NCBI GenBank assembly: GCA_947259645.1
Contig: CAMYND010000002.1
Coordinates: 2,544-66,543 of the forward strand
Reading direction: 5' to 3'
Length of the DNA: 64,000 nucleotides
Source of the DNA: Thermodesulfovibrionia bacterium
GTDB lineage: Bacteria > Nitrospirota > Thermodesulfovibrionia > UBA6902
A program made the translations under genes and the position numbers. This document shows positions 18,570 through 26,829 of the stretch, in pieces. The notes under the pieces are model-generated. The model was not told the origin of the DNA, made no database searches, and was given only the letters and a program-made list of their open reading frames with translations. How positions within the stretch are numbered: position 1 is the first letter of the stretch; each line of letters begins with the position of its first letter.

Positions 18570-19573
18570 AACGTTTTATTCTGTTTTTCGTGGCAATACT
18601 GCTGTTCTGTTCAGTGTCAAATGCGATCAGCATCCCCCTTGGTGAACCTGCATCTCCTTTCAGGTTGAAAACAGCAGCGGGAAAAACAGTATCTCTCGCA
18701 GAGCTGAACGGTAAGATTGTGGTTTTAATTTACTGGAGAACAGAGCATAAGCGTTCTCTTCTTGCGCTGAAGGACAGTAATGAACTATTGAAAACTCTCA
18801 AAGGCAAAAACGTAGAATTTGTGAGTATTATTGCTGACAGCGATAACAAAACAAAAGCAAAGGAAATTGTAACGGGTAATGGCATTGAAATCCCTGTTCT
18901 TTTGGATCAGGGAAGGCAGGTCTACAGCAATTACGGTATTCGCGTATATCCGACAACGATAATAATCGACAAAGAGGGGACAATCATACAAGATATTCCG
19001 AGCCATCCTCTCTCATACAAGAAGCTGCTCAAGGGTCATGTAAGCAAAGCCCTTGGAGAGATTGATGAAGCCCAGTTAAATGAGATAATTACCCCGCACA
19101 AAGACAAGAAGGATAAGGCGACCCTTGATGCGGAGAGGATGTATAACCTGGCCAGCAAATTTACCTCTTCAGGGCTGTATGACATGGCCATTAAATCCGC
19201 AGAAAACGCGGTTGAAGTAAAGCCGGATATGGAGGAAGCCCTTATTCTTCTGGGATTTCTCTACCTGGAAACTGAAAACGCGGATGGCGCGGTCAAGGCC
19301 TTTAATAAAGCGATTAGTCTGAACTTCCACTCAAAAGAGGCTATCACCGGTCTTGGCGGGGCATATGTGTTACAAGGGGATGCAGACAAAGCCATAGAAA
19401 CTCTTGAACCTGCGACAAAGGGCAACCCCTATCCTCAAATGACCTATTACGAGCTTGGAAAAGCCTATGAGTTAAAAGGGGACAAGGACTCGTCTAGTGC
19501 GATGTATAAAAAAGCGATAGAGAAAATAATTCATAAACAAATTCTCCCGTCATCTGTTGCTAAATGCCAATAA
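18566..19573 (+). CDS. Exported redoxin-fold + TPR protein lacking CxxC
   Basis: Signal peptide; GKIVVLIYWRTEHKRS where WCxxC is expected; YPTTIIIDKEG; C-terminal TPRs. Confidence 0.8.
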   Translation: MKRFILFFVAILLFCSVSNAISIPLGEPASPFRLKTAAGKTVSLAELNGKIVVLIYWRTEHKRSLLALKDSNELLKTLKGKNVEFVSIIADSDNKTKAKEIVTGNGIEIPVLLDQGRQVYSNYGIRVYPTTIIIDKEGTIIQDIPSHPLSYKKLLKGHVSKALGEIDEAQLNEIITPHKDKKDKATLDAERMYNLASKFTSSGLYDMAIKSAENAVEVKPDMEEALILLGFLYLETENADGAVKAFNKAISLNFHSKEAITGLGGAYVLQGDADKAIETLEPATKGNPYPQMTYYELGKAYELKGDKDSSSAMYKKAIEKIIHKQILPSSVAKCQ

Positions 19574-20601
19574 GATTCACATACCTGCTGATAACAGCTC
19601 TTTTACTTGTGTCAGCTATGCCGGTCCAGGGAACTGAAAAAGCCATTACCATTAATTACCCCCCTGATAAGACAGTGCGTGAATATGGACTTCTGGGTGT
19701 CTCTGTAAACCTGTCCAGGGATCTGGGCGATCGAATCATAGCGAACGTAAACAGCAAAAAGAGGGCCACGATTACACCTCTTCTGGGAACAGAATGTTTC
19801 AGTGTTCCCCTGGAACCGGGAATTAATACTGTTGAGCTCATAGCGTATAAAGGAGACGATGTTGTTGAAAACATCATCTTTGACGTATTCCGCAGATCAG
19901 AGCTGATCAGTGGCTTCAGAAATGTTCCTCCCGGATTTAAAAAAGATAATTTTCACTCGGAAGACCGAAAGATATGCACAAAGTGCCACATACTCAAGCC
20001 CAATGTTTATGATTTGAAACCTGTCAACCCTGCTACATATCCCGGAGAATCTTTTGAATCAGAGAAGCTCGTAGAAACAACATCTACCTGTTATTCCTGC
20101 CACAAAAAAATAACTGCACAGTCCTATGTCCATGGACCTGCTTCGGTCTGGAGCTGTCTGAGCTGCCACGATGATGACACCATACCTGACTATTCAGTAA
20201 AAACACCTGATTCTGAATTGTGTTATGAATGCCACATTGATGAGAAGAAAGATTGGCTTTCAAAGAAATATACCCATGGTCCGGTTACGATCGGCAAATG
20301 TACTATCTGTCACAGCCCTCATGGATCGGATAATGCCTTTAATCTCTTCAAGTCCACCTGGGACCTCTGTGTGAACTGTCATGCCGCGAAAGCTGATGGT
20401 GCACATGTCATAGCCGATACACTTTTTAAAGAGGGGCACCCAACCCGTGGAAGACAGGATCCTCTCAGGGTCGGGAAAGAACTTACCTGCGCGAGCTGCC
20501 ATTCCGCCCATGCCTCAAACTATCCTCATCTCTGGGCCTTTGAAGTTGCCAGTCTCTATGAGCTGTGTCAGAAATGCCATAAGCAATATAGTGAGAATTA
20601 G
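19564..20601 (+). CDS. Octaheme cytochrome c with N-terminal non-heme beta domain
   Basis: Signal peptide; LEPGINTVEL Ig-like segment; 8 CxxCH. Confidence 0.9.
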   Translation: MPIRFTYLLITALLLVSAMPVQGTEKAITINYPPDKTVREYGLLGVSVNLSRDLGDRIIANVNSKKRATITPLLGTECFSVPLEPGINTVELIAYKGDDVVENIIFDVFRRSELISGFRNVPPGFKKDNFHSEDRKICTKCHILKPNVYDLKPVNPATYPGESFESEKLVETTSTCYSCHKKITAQSYVHGPASVWSCLSCHDDDTIPDYSVKTPDSELCYECHIDEKKDWLSKKYTHGPVTIGKCTICHSPHGSDNAFNLFKSTWDLCVNCHAAKADGAHVIADTLFKEGHPTRGRQDPLRVGKELTCASCHSAHASNYPHLWAFEVASLYELCQKCHKQYSEN

Positions 20602-20773
20602 GTCGTTTAGCACGCCTGCCGGTTAAATTACTGACTTGCAGGAGTTGAATAGCGCTTCGTCAGCTCATTAATGTACTGAACAGAATACCCCGGAACACCA
20701 GGCTGATCTTGGATTTAAATAGATAAATATTGTTATAATTCCTATTCACATTCTTTAGGTTTAAGGAGAAAAA

Positions 20774-21565
20774 ATGAGTAAAATGAATTCAGTTGTGCCT
20801 GAAAAGCACTCACTTGAGACTAAGTTTAATTTCAGATGCCATAAAGGCATACAATGTTTTACAAAATGCTGCAGCAATATCGAGATTCTGCTGACGCCCT
20901 ATGATGTTGTACGGCTGAAAAAAAGACTCGGGCTTTTTTCCGATGAGTTTCTCGATGAATATACCCATATGAAAATTGATGAGAAAACTTCCCATCCCAA
21001 CGCGATACTTAATATGTCTGATGACAAGGAGCGGAAATGCATCTTTCTCAATGATGATGGATGTAGTGTTTACAGTGACCGGCCTGCCAATTGCCGCTAC
21101 TATCCTGTTGGACAGGGGACAATAAAAAAAGAGGTTTCCGATGAAATTGTCGAAGAAGATTTCTATTTTTTTGTAAAGGAGCCCCATTGTCTCGGTTTTA
21201 ATGAAAAGAAGGCATGGACGATAGAATCCTGGCGGGAAGATCAGGATGCGGCCCTTTATGACAAGGTAAACAAAGAGTGGAAGGGACTCATGCTGCGCAA
21301 GAATCTTCCGAATGAGGCGGAGCTTGATGAAAAGAAACAGTTTCAGTTTTATATGGCCAGTTATGATCTTGACCGGTTTAAAAAGTATATATTTGAGAGC
21401 GAGTTTCTGAATATATTTGATATTGATGATGACCTGGTAGCAAAGATCCGGGAAGATGAGGTTGAGCTTATTAAATTCGGGGTCAGATATATAAAGTACG
21501 TCATGATGCTTGAAGAAACGCTCACGTTGAAACCTGATGCCGAAAAATTCAAAACAAAGAAATAG
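20774..21565 (+). CDS. YkgJ-family (CxxxCxxCC) Zn/Fe-chelating protein
   Basis: CHKGIQCFTKCC, LTPYD, CIFL..GCSVYSDRPANCRYYP. Confidence 0.85.
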   Translation: MSKMNSVVPEKHSLETKFNFRCHKGIQCFTKCCSNIEILLTPYDVVRLKKRLGLFSDEFLDEYTHMKIDEKTSHPNAILNMSDDKERKCIFLNDDGCSVYSDRPANCRYYPVGQGTIKKEVSDEIVEEDFYFFVKEPHCLGFNEKKAWTIESWREDQDAALYDKVNKEWKGLMLRKNLPNEAELDEKKQFQFYMASYDLDRFKKYIFESEFLNIFDIDDDLVAKIREDEVELIKFGVRYIKYVMMLEETLTLKPDAEKFKTKK

Positions 21566-21628
21566 CAGTTAATTCCTGATACTAAAAAAATATAGTTAAT
21601 AACCAGAACTGATTAAGGAGGCAATAGT

Positions 21629-22429
21629 ATGGACTGGGGAATGAAGAATCGTATGGCGCAACTTATTAAACCTGATGGGAAATGTTTTTTTCTACCGATT
21701 GACCACGGCTACTTTCTGGGGCCGACCAGCCGTCTGGAAAAACCCGGAGACACGATTAAGCCTATCGTGTCCTACGCTGACGCCTTATTCGTAACACGGG
21801 GTGTACTGCGAAACGCCATAGACCCCAACAAGAGCAAGCCTGTTATCCTGAGGGTATCCGGCGGAACTAGCGTGATCGGTGAAGATCTGGCAAATGAAGA
21901 AATTACAACGTCCGTTGAAGAGGCTATTCGTCTGAATGCCTCGGCTGTTGGGATGTCTGTTTTTGTAGGAAGCAAGTATGAGAAGCAGACCATAACGAAT
22001 CTCGGCAAACTTGTGAACGAATGTGAGAGATACGGGATACCTGTCATGGCAGTTACGGCAGTCGGTAAGGAGCTTGCGAAGAGAGATTCCCGATATCTTT
22101 CGCTCTGTTCACGGATCGCAGCTGAACTGGGTGCGAGGGTTGTTAAGACCTACTGGTGTGAGGACTTTGACAAGGTTACCGCCAGTTGCCCCGTGCCGAT
22201 AGTCATTGCAGGCGGCCCAAAGTGTAAGACAGAGCTGGAGGTCTTTAATTTTGTCCATGACGGGATCCAGAAAGGCGCAATCGGGGTAAACCTCGGAAGA
22301 AATGTCTGGCAGCATAAGTATCCCCTGGCTATGATGAGGGGTCTACACGCAGTTATTCACAAAAAGGCAACTCCGAAAGAGGCAAATGAAATTTTCAGTG
22401 AAATCAAGAGCAAAACAGATAAAAAGTAA
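21629..22429 (+). CDS. lsrF: LsrF-like class I aldolase/thiolase
   Basis: MDWGMKNR, DHGYFLGP, RIAAELGARVVKTY, PIVIAGG, GRNVWQ. Confidence 0.85.
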   Translation: MDWGMKNRMAQLIKPDGKCFFLPIDHGYFLGPTSRLEKPGDTIKPIVSYADALFVTRGVLRNAIDPNKSKPVILRVSGGTSVIGEDLANEEITTSVEEAIRLNASAVGMSVFVGSKYEKQTITNLGKLVNECERYGIPVMAVTAVGKELAKRDSRYLSLCSRIAAELGARVVKTYWCEDFDKVTASCPVPIVIAGGPKCKTELEVFNFVHDGIQKGAIGVNLGRNVWQHKYPLAMMRGLHAVIHKKATPKEANEIFSEIKSKTDKK

Positions 22430-22482
22430 CTAGTTGATGAAGGTTACCCGATTCAGACTTCAGGGATGAATGCTTGAGTGAT

Positions 22483-23502
22483 ATGCGTGTTTTAATGTAT
22501 TACAACAACAGTGACGTGCGCGTTGAAGAGATGCCTGTACCGGCAATAGGTCCCGGAGAAGTCCTGGTGAAAGTTCATGCCAGCGGCATATGCGGAAGCG
22601 ATGTGATGGAGTGGTACCGGATTAAAAAAGCCCCCCGTGTTCTCGGTCATGAAATTACTGGTGAAATTGTGGAAGTCGGTGAAGGGGTAAAACAGTATAA
22701 GAAAGGTGACAGGGTGTTTGTCTCCCACCATGTGCCCTGCAATGTATGCGATTACTGCCTCACGGGTTCTCACACTGCCTGTGAAACACTGCATAACACG
22801 AACTATGACCCGGGTGGCTTTGCTGAATATGTCCGGATTCCGGCAATAAATGTTCTGAGCGGTATCAACATTCTTCCTGAAAAAATGTCGTATGAAGAGG
22901 GAACATTCATAGAACCACTTGCCTGCGTCATTCGTGGTCAGCGGCTTGCCGGACTCAAGGCCGGACAAACGGTACTTGTTATCGGCAGCGGGATATCAGG
23001 ACTTTTACATATCAATCTGGCACGGGCCCTTGGAGCAGGGCGGATCATTGCGACAGATATCACTGAATATCGCCTGGAAGCGGCAAAGAAGTTTGGCGCA
23101 GACATAGCTGTCAATGCCCGGGATAATGTTAAGGAACGCCTGCTGGAGCAGAATGGAAACCGCCTTGCAGACCTTGTTATTGTCTGTGCCGGCGCTCTTT
23201 CCGCCTCAACTGATGCGTTACACCTTGTTGAGCGGGGAGGCAAGGTTCTCTACTTTGCTGTTCCCGAACCGGAAGTAATGGTCCCTGTTCCGATGAATGA
23301 TCTGTGGAGAAATGAAATTACCCTGATGACATCATACGGTGCAAGTCCCTATGACCTTGAAACCGCGGTCAAGCTTCTGAGCAACAGGAGGGTTGATATA
23401 AAGGATATGATTACACATGTGCTTCCTTTTGATAAGAGCAATGAGGCATTTCAGCTTGTAGCAGAAGCGAAGGATTCAATAAAGGTCATACTTAAACCCT
23501 GA
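22483..23502 (+). CDS. Zn-dependent (sorbitol/threonine DH-like) dehydrogenase
   Basis: GICGSD, GHE, CNVCDYC..C, GSGISG. Confidence 0.88.
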   Translation: MRVLMYYNNSDVRVEEMPVPAIGPGEVLVKVHASGICGSDVMEWYRIKKAPRVLGHEITGEIVEVGEGVKQYKKGDRVFVSHHVPCNVCDYCLTGSHTACETLHNTNYDPGGFAEYVRIPAINVLSGINILPEKMSYEEGTFIEPLACVIRGQRLAGLKAGQTVLVIGSGISGLLHINLARALGAGRIIATDITEYRLEAAKKFGADIAVNARDNVKERLLEQNGNRLADLVIVCAGALSASTDALHLVERGGKVLYFAVPEPEVMVPVPMNDLWRNEITLMTSYGASPYDLETAVKLLSNRRVDIKDMITHVLPFDKSNEAFQLVAEAKDSIKVILKP

Positions 23503-23507
23503 CAGGG

Positions 23508-23526
23508 GCAGGGAACTCCCTGCTTT
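23508..23526 (+). terminator. Weak hairpin/terminator
   Basis: gcaggg-aact-ccctgc followed by ttt. Confidence 0.35.
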
Positions 23527-23604
23527 GGCAGAGAGCCTTGAAGTGTAACGGTTAAGCAGGACAACAATGGAGAGCGAACAAAATAGAATATACGGAGGTC
23601 TTAT

Positions 23605-24516
23605 ATGTCTTTACTGGTAGTAGGGTCTGTAGCATTTGATTCTGTAAAAACACCCTTTGGAGAAGTTGATGAAGTCCTTGGAGGTTCGGGGACATATTTT
23701 TCCACAGCTGCAAGCTATTTCACTGATGTGTCGATAGTTGCAGTCGTTGGCACTGACTTCCCTGATAAACATCTTACTTTTTTGAAAAGCCGTAAGATTG
23801 ACATTGAAGGAATTGAACGATCAGAGGGCAAGACATTTCGCTGGAAGGGTGAATACGGATATGAGTTAAATGAGGCTAAAACCCTTGACACTCAATTGAA
23901 TGTATTTCAGTCCTTTAAACCTAAACTGCCAGAGAGCTATAAAGACAAGAAGATCGTCTTCCTTGCTAATATAGATCCGGACCTGCAGAGGGAAGTGCTG
24001 AGACAGGTCAGGAAGCCGGCACTTGTGGCCTGTGACACAATGAATTTCTGGATTGAAGGGAAAAAAGATTCTCTTCTTGAGACGCTGAAACTGGTGGACA
24101 TCCTGCTGATTAATGATGGTGAAGCGCGGGAGCTGTCCGGAGAACCGAACCTTGTTAAGGCGGCCAATGTTATTCTTTCCTACGGGCCCAAGACACTGAT
24201 TATCAAGCGCGGTGAATATGGTGCCCTGATGTTTAAGGATAAACGCATATTTGCTGCCCCCGCCTATCCGCTTGAGTCAGTCTATGACCCGACAGGTGCG
24301 GGGGACTGTTTTGCCGGGGGCTTTATGGGGTTTCTGTCGAGTACCATGAACTTCGATGAAGAGAATATTCGTAAGGCAATTATTTTTGGAAGCGTTATGG
24401 CATCCTTTAATGTGGAAGCATTCAGTCTCGATAAGATCAAGGCACTTGACTATGCTGAGATTGAAGGCCGTTACAATGAATTTAAACGACTTACTCATTT
24501 TGAAGATTTAAAATAA
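23605..24516 (+). CDS. PfkB-family sugar/nucleoside kinase
   Basis: GSVAFD, GGSG, DTMNFWI, DPTGAGDCFAGG. Confidence 0.9.
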   Translation: MSLLVVGSVAFDSVKTPFGEVDEVLGGSGTYFSTAASYFTDVSIVAVVGTDFPDKHLTFLKSRKIDIEGIERSEGKTFRWKGEYGYELNEAKTLDTQLNVFQSFKPKLPESYKDKKIVFLANIDPDLQREVLRQVRKPALVACDTMNFWIEGKKDSLLETLKLVDILLINDGEARELSGEPNLVKAANVILSYGPKTLIIKRGEYGALMFKDKRIFAAPAYPLESVYDPTGAGDCFAGGFMGFLSSTMNFDEENIRKAIIFGSVMASFNVEAFSLDKIKALDYAEIEGRYNEFKRLTHFEDLK

Positions 24517-24576
24517 GATGACCATTTTATATAATCATACCTTTGATGGGCTCCCAAAGGGAATGAGGGGGAAACT

Positions 24577-25416
24577 ATGAATGATTCGCTTCGTCAGTAC
24601 GTAGAGAAAATAACAAAACTTCCCACGCTGCCTATGACTGCTCAGGAAATATTGGGACTTGTTGATGACGAACGCCTGCCTGTTGACAAGCTTGAGAAAA
24701 TCATTGAGAACGACCCCGCAATTTCAGCAAAAGTGCTCAGTGTTGCCAACTCAGCGTACTTTGGCGTCAAGTCACCCACCAGGGAGCTTGGCAGCGCTAT
24801 AATGAGAATAGGTTTCAATAATGTAAAGAATATAGCGGTTGGTGTCTCGCTGATAACTGTTATGGAAGACGGCGGGAAAAAGAGTATTGCGGATTACCAG
24901 AGAGTTTTCAACCACTCCGTTTCAGTGGGATTTATTTCCCGGATGCTGGCAAAGGAAATAAAGTGCGGAATATCTGATGAAATTATGATGGACGGGATGC
25001 TTCATGACATAGGGTTTCTCGTTATGATCAGATATTTTTCTGAGGATTACAAAAAAGTCATTGAAGTGTATCAGGATAATAAAAATATTCTTGAATCAGA
25101 AGAGGCTGTTTTCGAGTTTACACACGCAGATATTGGACACTGGCTTGCAGAAAAGTGGACACTTCCGGAAAATATCAAGGATACAGTGCTCTACCATCAC
25201 AAACCTTCTCTGGCTAATAACAACCAAAAACATGTGGCAGTGATTCATCAGGCAGACTATATTGTCAGCAAGAACATGATAGCACCGTCACGGCAGGACC
25301 CGAATTTTCCTTTTGAACAGGAGTCACTTGAAATTCTCGGTTTAACAGAAAGTGATTTCACAAGACTGGAGGAAAAAATACTGAGCAGTTCAAATTCAAC
25401 CGACTTCTCCTGGTGA
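24577..25416 (+). CDS. HDOD domain protein
   Basis: LPTLP, DPAISAKVLSVANS, LHDIG, HADIG..WTLP..YHH. Confidence 0.9.
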   Translation: MNDSLRQYVEKITKLPTLPMTAQEILGLVDDERLPVDKLEKIIENDPAISAKVLSVANSAYFGVKSPTRELGSAIMRIGFNNVKNIAVGVSLITVMEDGGKKSIADYQRVFNHSVSVGFISRMLAKEIKCGISDEIMMDGMLHDIGFLVMIRYFSEDYKKVIEVYQDNKNILESEEAVFEFTHADIGHWLAEKWTLPENIKDTVLYHHKPSLANNNQKHVAVIHQADYIVSKNMIAPSRQDPNFPFEQESLEILGLTESDFTRLEEKILSSSNSTDFSW

Positions 25417-25434
25417 TGAAGCACATACACCGTA

Positions 25435-26160
25435 TTATTCCTCTGTAATCTCCATTGGCTGTGTCTGCAGTCGTTTATAGTAGAAATTTTGACCGTAGAG
25501 CACACTGACCGGGTTATGCCCTGTGACCCTGTCCTTCACCACAAGCGTTGTAACCGGGGCATCTGAATATTTTGTGAAGAGTATATCATGTCCAACGCAG
25601 AGACCGACGATTACATTTAAATCTGTTTTTGCACGGTTCATCAGCTTGGCCTGTGCAGCCGGATTGCAGGCAGGTTCAAAGGTCGAAGGACGGATTTTAT
25701 CGGTTTCCTTCAGGCCAATAATCAGTTTGTCTATACTTCCTGTCTTACAGCAGACACTGAGCGGGATGAGCCCCTGGGCACTTAAAATAGATGAAAGCCT
25801 GTTTGTTTCCTCCAGCAGTCCTACGCAGGTGGCAATGCCGATTTTCTTGTATCCCATCAATTTGGCGAAGGCAATAGTATCTTCCACACGGGTCCATCGC
25901 GCATTGACAGCATCGCTGCCAGGAACCGGCTGGTAACACATTCCTTCTACACGGGATGCAACATTGGCCATTTTCGCGTCATCACTGTCGCCCAGATAAA
26001 TATTTCGCGACTCATCGATCAGGTCCCCGTGCTCTGAAGAAGGGCAGTAGGATGGTCTGGGAGACTTGTCATTCTGATCACGGCTCCAGCAATTTGTCTC
26101 GCCGCTTTTCTGCCATACTGCACTGCAGCTGGCGCAGGATAAATGAACATCTTTTTTCAT
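25435..26160 (-). CDS. DUF1847 Cys-rich protein
   Basis: TRVEDTIAFAKLMGYKKIGIATCVGL, CCKTG, CNP, GLCVGHD, KDRVTGHNP. Confidence 0.85.
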   Translation of the reverse strand: MKKDVHLSCASCSAVWQKSGETNCWSRDQNDKSPRPSYCPSSEHGDLIDESRNIYLGDSDDAKMANVASRVEGMCYQPVPGSDAVNARWTRVEDTIAFAKLMGYKKIGIATCVGLLEETNRLSSILSAQGLIPLSVCCKTGSIDKLIIGLKETDKIRPSTFEPACNPAAQAKLMNRAKTDLNVIVGLCVGHDILFTKYSDAPVTTLVVKDRVTGHNPVSVLYGQNFYYKRLQTQPMEITEE

Positions 26161-26343
26161 GGTTGAATCCTCCTGTGCTAGTACTGAATGATTGTAACAC
26201 GATTGAGTAGTGCTAATCCAAGAGTGTTACCGCAACAACTCAGGTAAATAGTCAGCCATTAAATAGATAGCAGGAGCGTGACCGGATTATATGTCAATTA
26301 AGTCGGAAAAAAGAATTACATCTGAATCAGGGGAGGGAAACTA

Positions 26344-26380
26344 TCTCCTGCGGCAGTATTAATTACCCTGACGCAGGAGA
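26344..26380 (-). terminator. Stem-loop after the 52-aa small gene
   Basis: Inverted repeat tctcctgcg ... cgcaggaga immediately 3' of the stop codon. Confidence 0.55.
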
Positions 26381-26386
26381 CAGACA

Positions 26387-26545
26387 TTAGATGTCACAGC
26401 AGAGGCGTCTCATGCTTTTCTTTCCAGTTGGGGAAACAGACATGACAACGTCTACCTTGTTACCGCATAAGCTGCATAATTTTGCAAGGCCCTTTGCCCC
26501 GCTCCGTGCAGCAACGTCAGTTTTTGATTTACCTTTTCCTGCCAT
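26387..26545 (-). CDS. 52-aa basic protein with CxxC..CC (not in ORF track)
   Basis: MAGKGKSKTDVAARSGAKGLAKLCSLCGNKVDVVMSVSPTGKKSMRRLCCDI*; strong RBS AAAGGAGGT; own promoter and downstream hairpin. Confidence 0.8.
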   Translation of the reverse strand: MAGKGKSKTDVAARSGAKGLAKLCSLCGNKVDVVMSVSPTGKKSMRRLCCDI

Positions 26546-26685
26546 TTTGCGTACCTCCTTTCAATGAACTAAAATTATATGTGAACTCGCACAAATATCC
26601 CGTTTTTGTTACACACTATACGCCTTAAATGTATCCTCTTATACTCGGTAAGATGGACAACACTGCAGAATAATCGCAACCTCTA

Positions 26686-26715
26686 ATCATAAACTAAATA
26701 CTGAATAATTGTCAA
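26686..26715 (-). promoter_or_regulatory. sigma70 promoter for the 52-aa gene
   Basis: TTGACA (26715-26710), 18 bp spacer, TATGAT (26691-26686). Confidence 0.55.
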
Positions 26716-26795
26716 ATCTATCGAAAAAAATGATTCTGAGCATATATACGCATTATTTTCATTCAGGAAAGAACTATCTATTATCCTGATGATAA

Positions 26796-26824
26796 TTGCT
26801 TTCGCCATCGCCATTTTTTAAGAT
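26796..26824 (+). promoter_or_regulatory. sigma70 promoter of mutS2 (leaderless)
   Basis: TTGCTT-17-TAAGAT, then 5 nt to the ATG. Confidence 0.55.
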
Positions 26825-26829
26825 TAACT

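Noticed and set aside
21629-22429. AI-2 quorum-sensing (lsr) operon
   Set aside because: No lsrK, lsrG, lsrR or transporter genes nearby.
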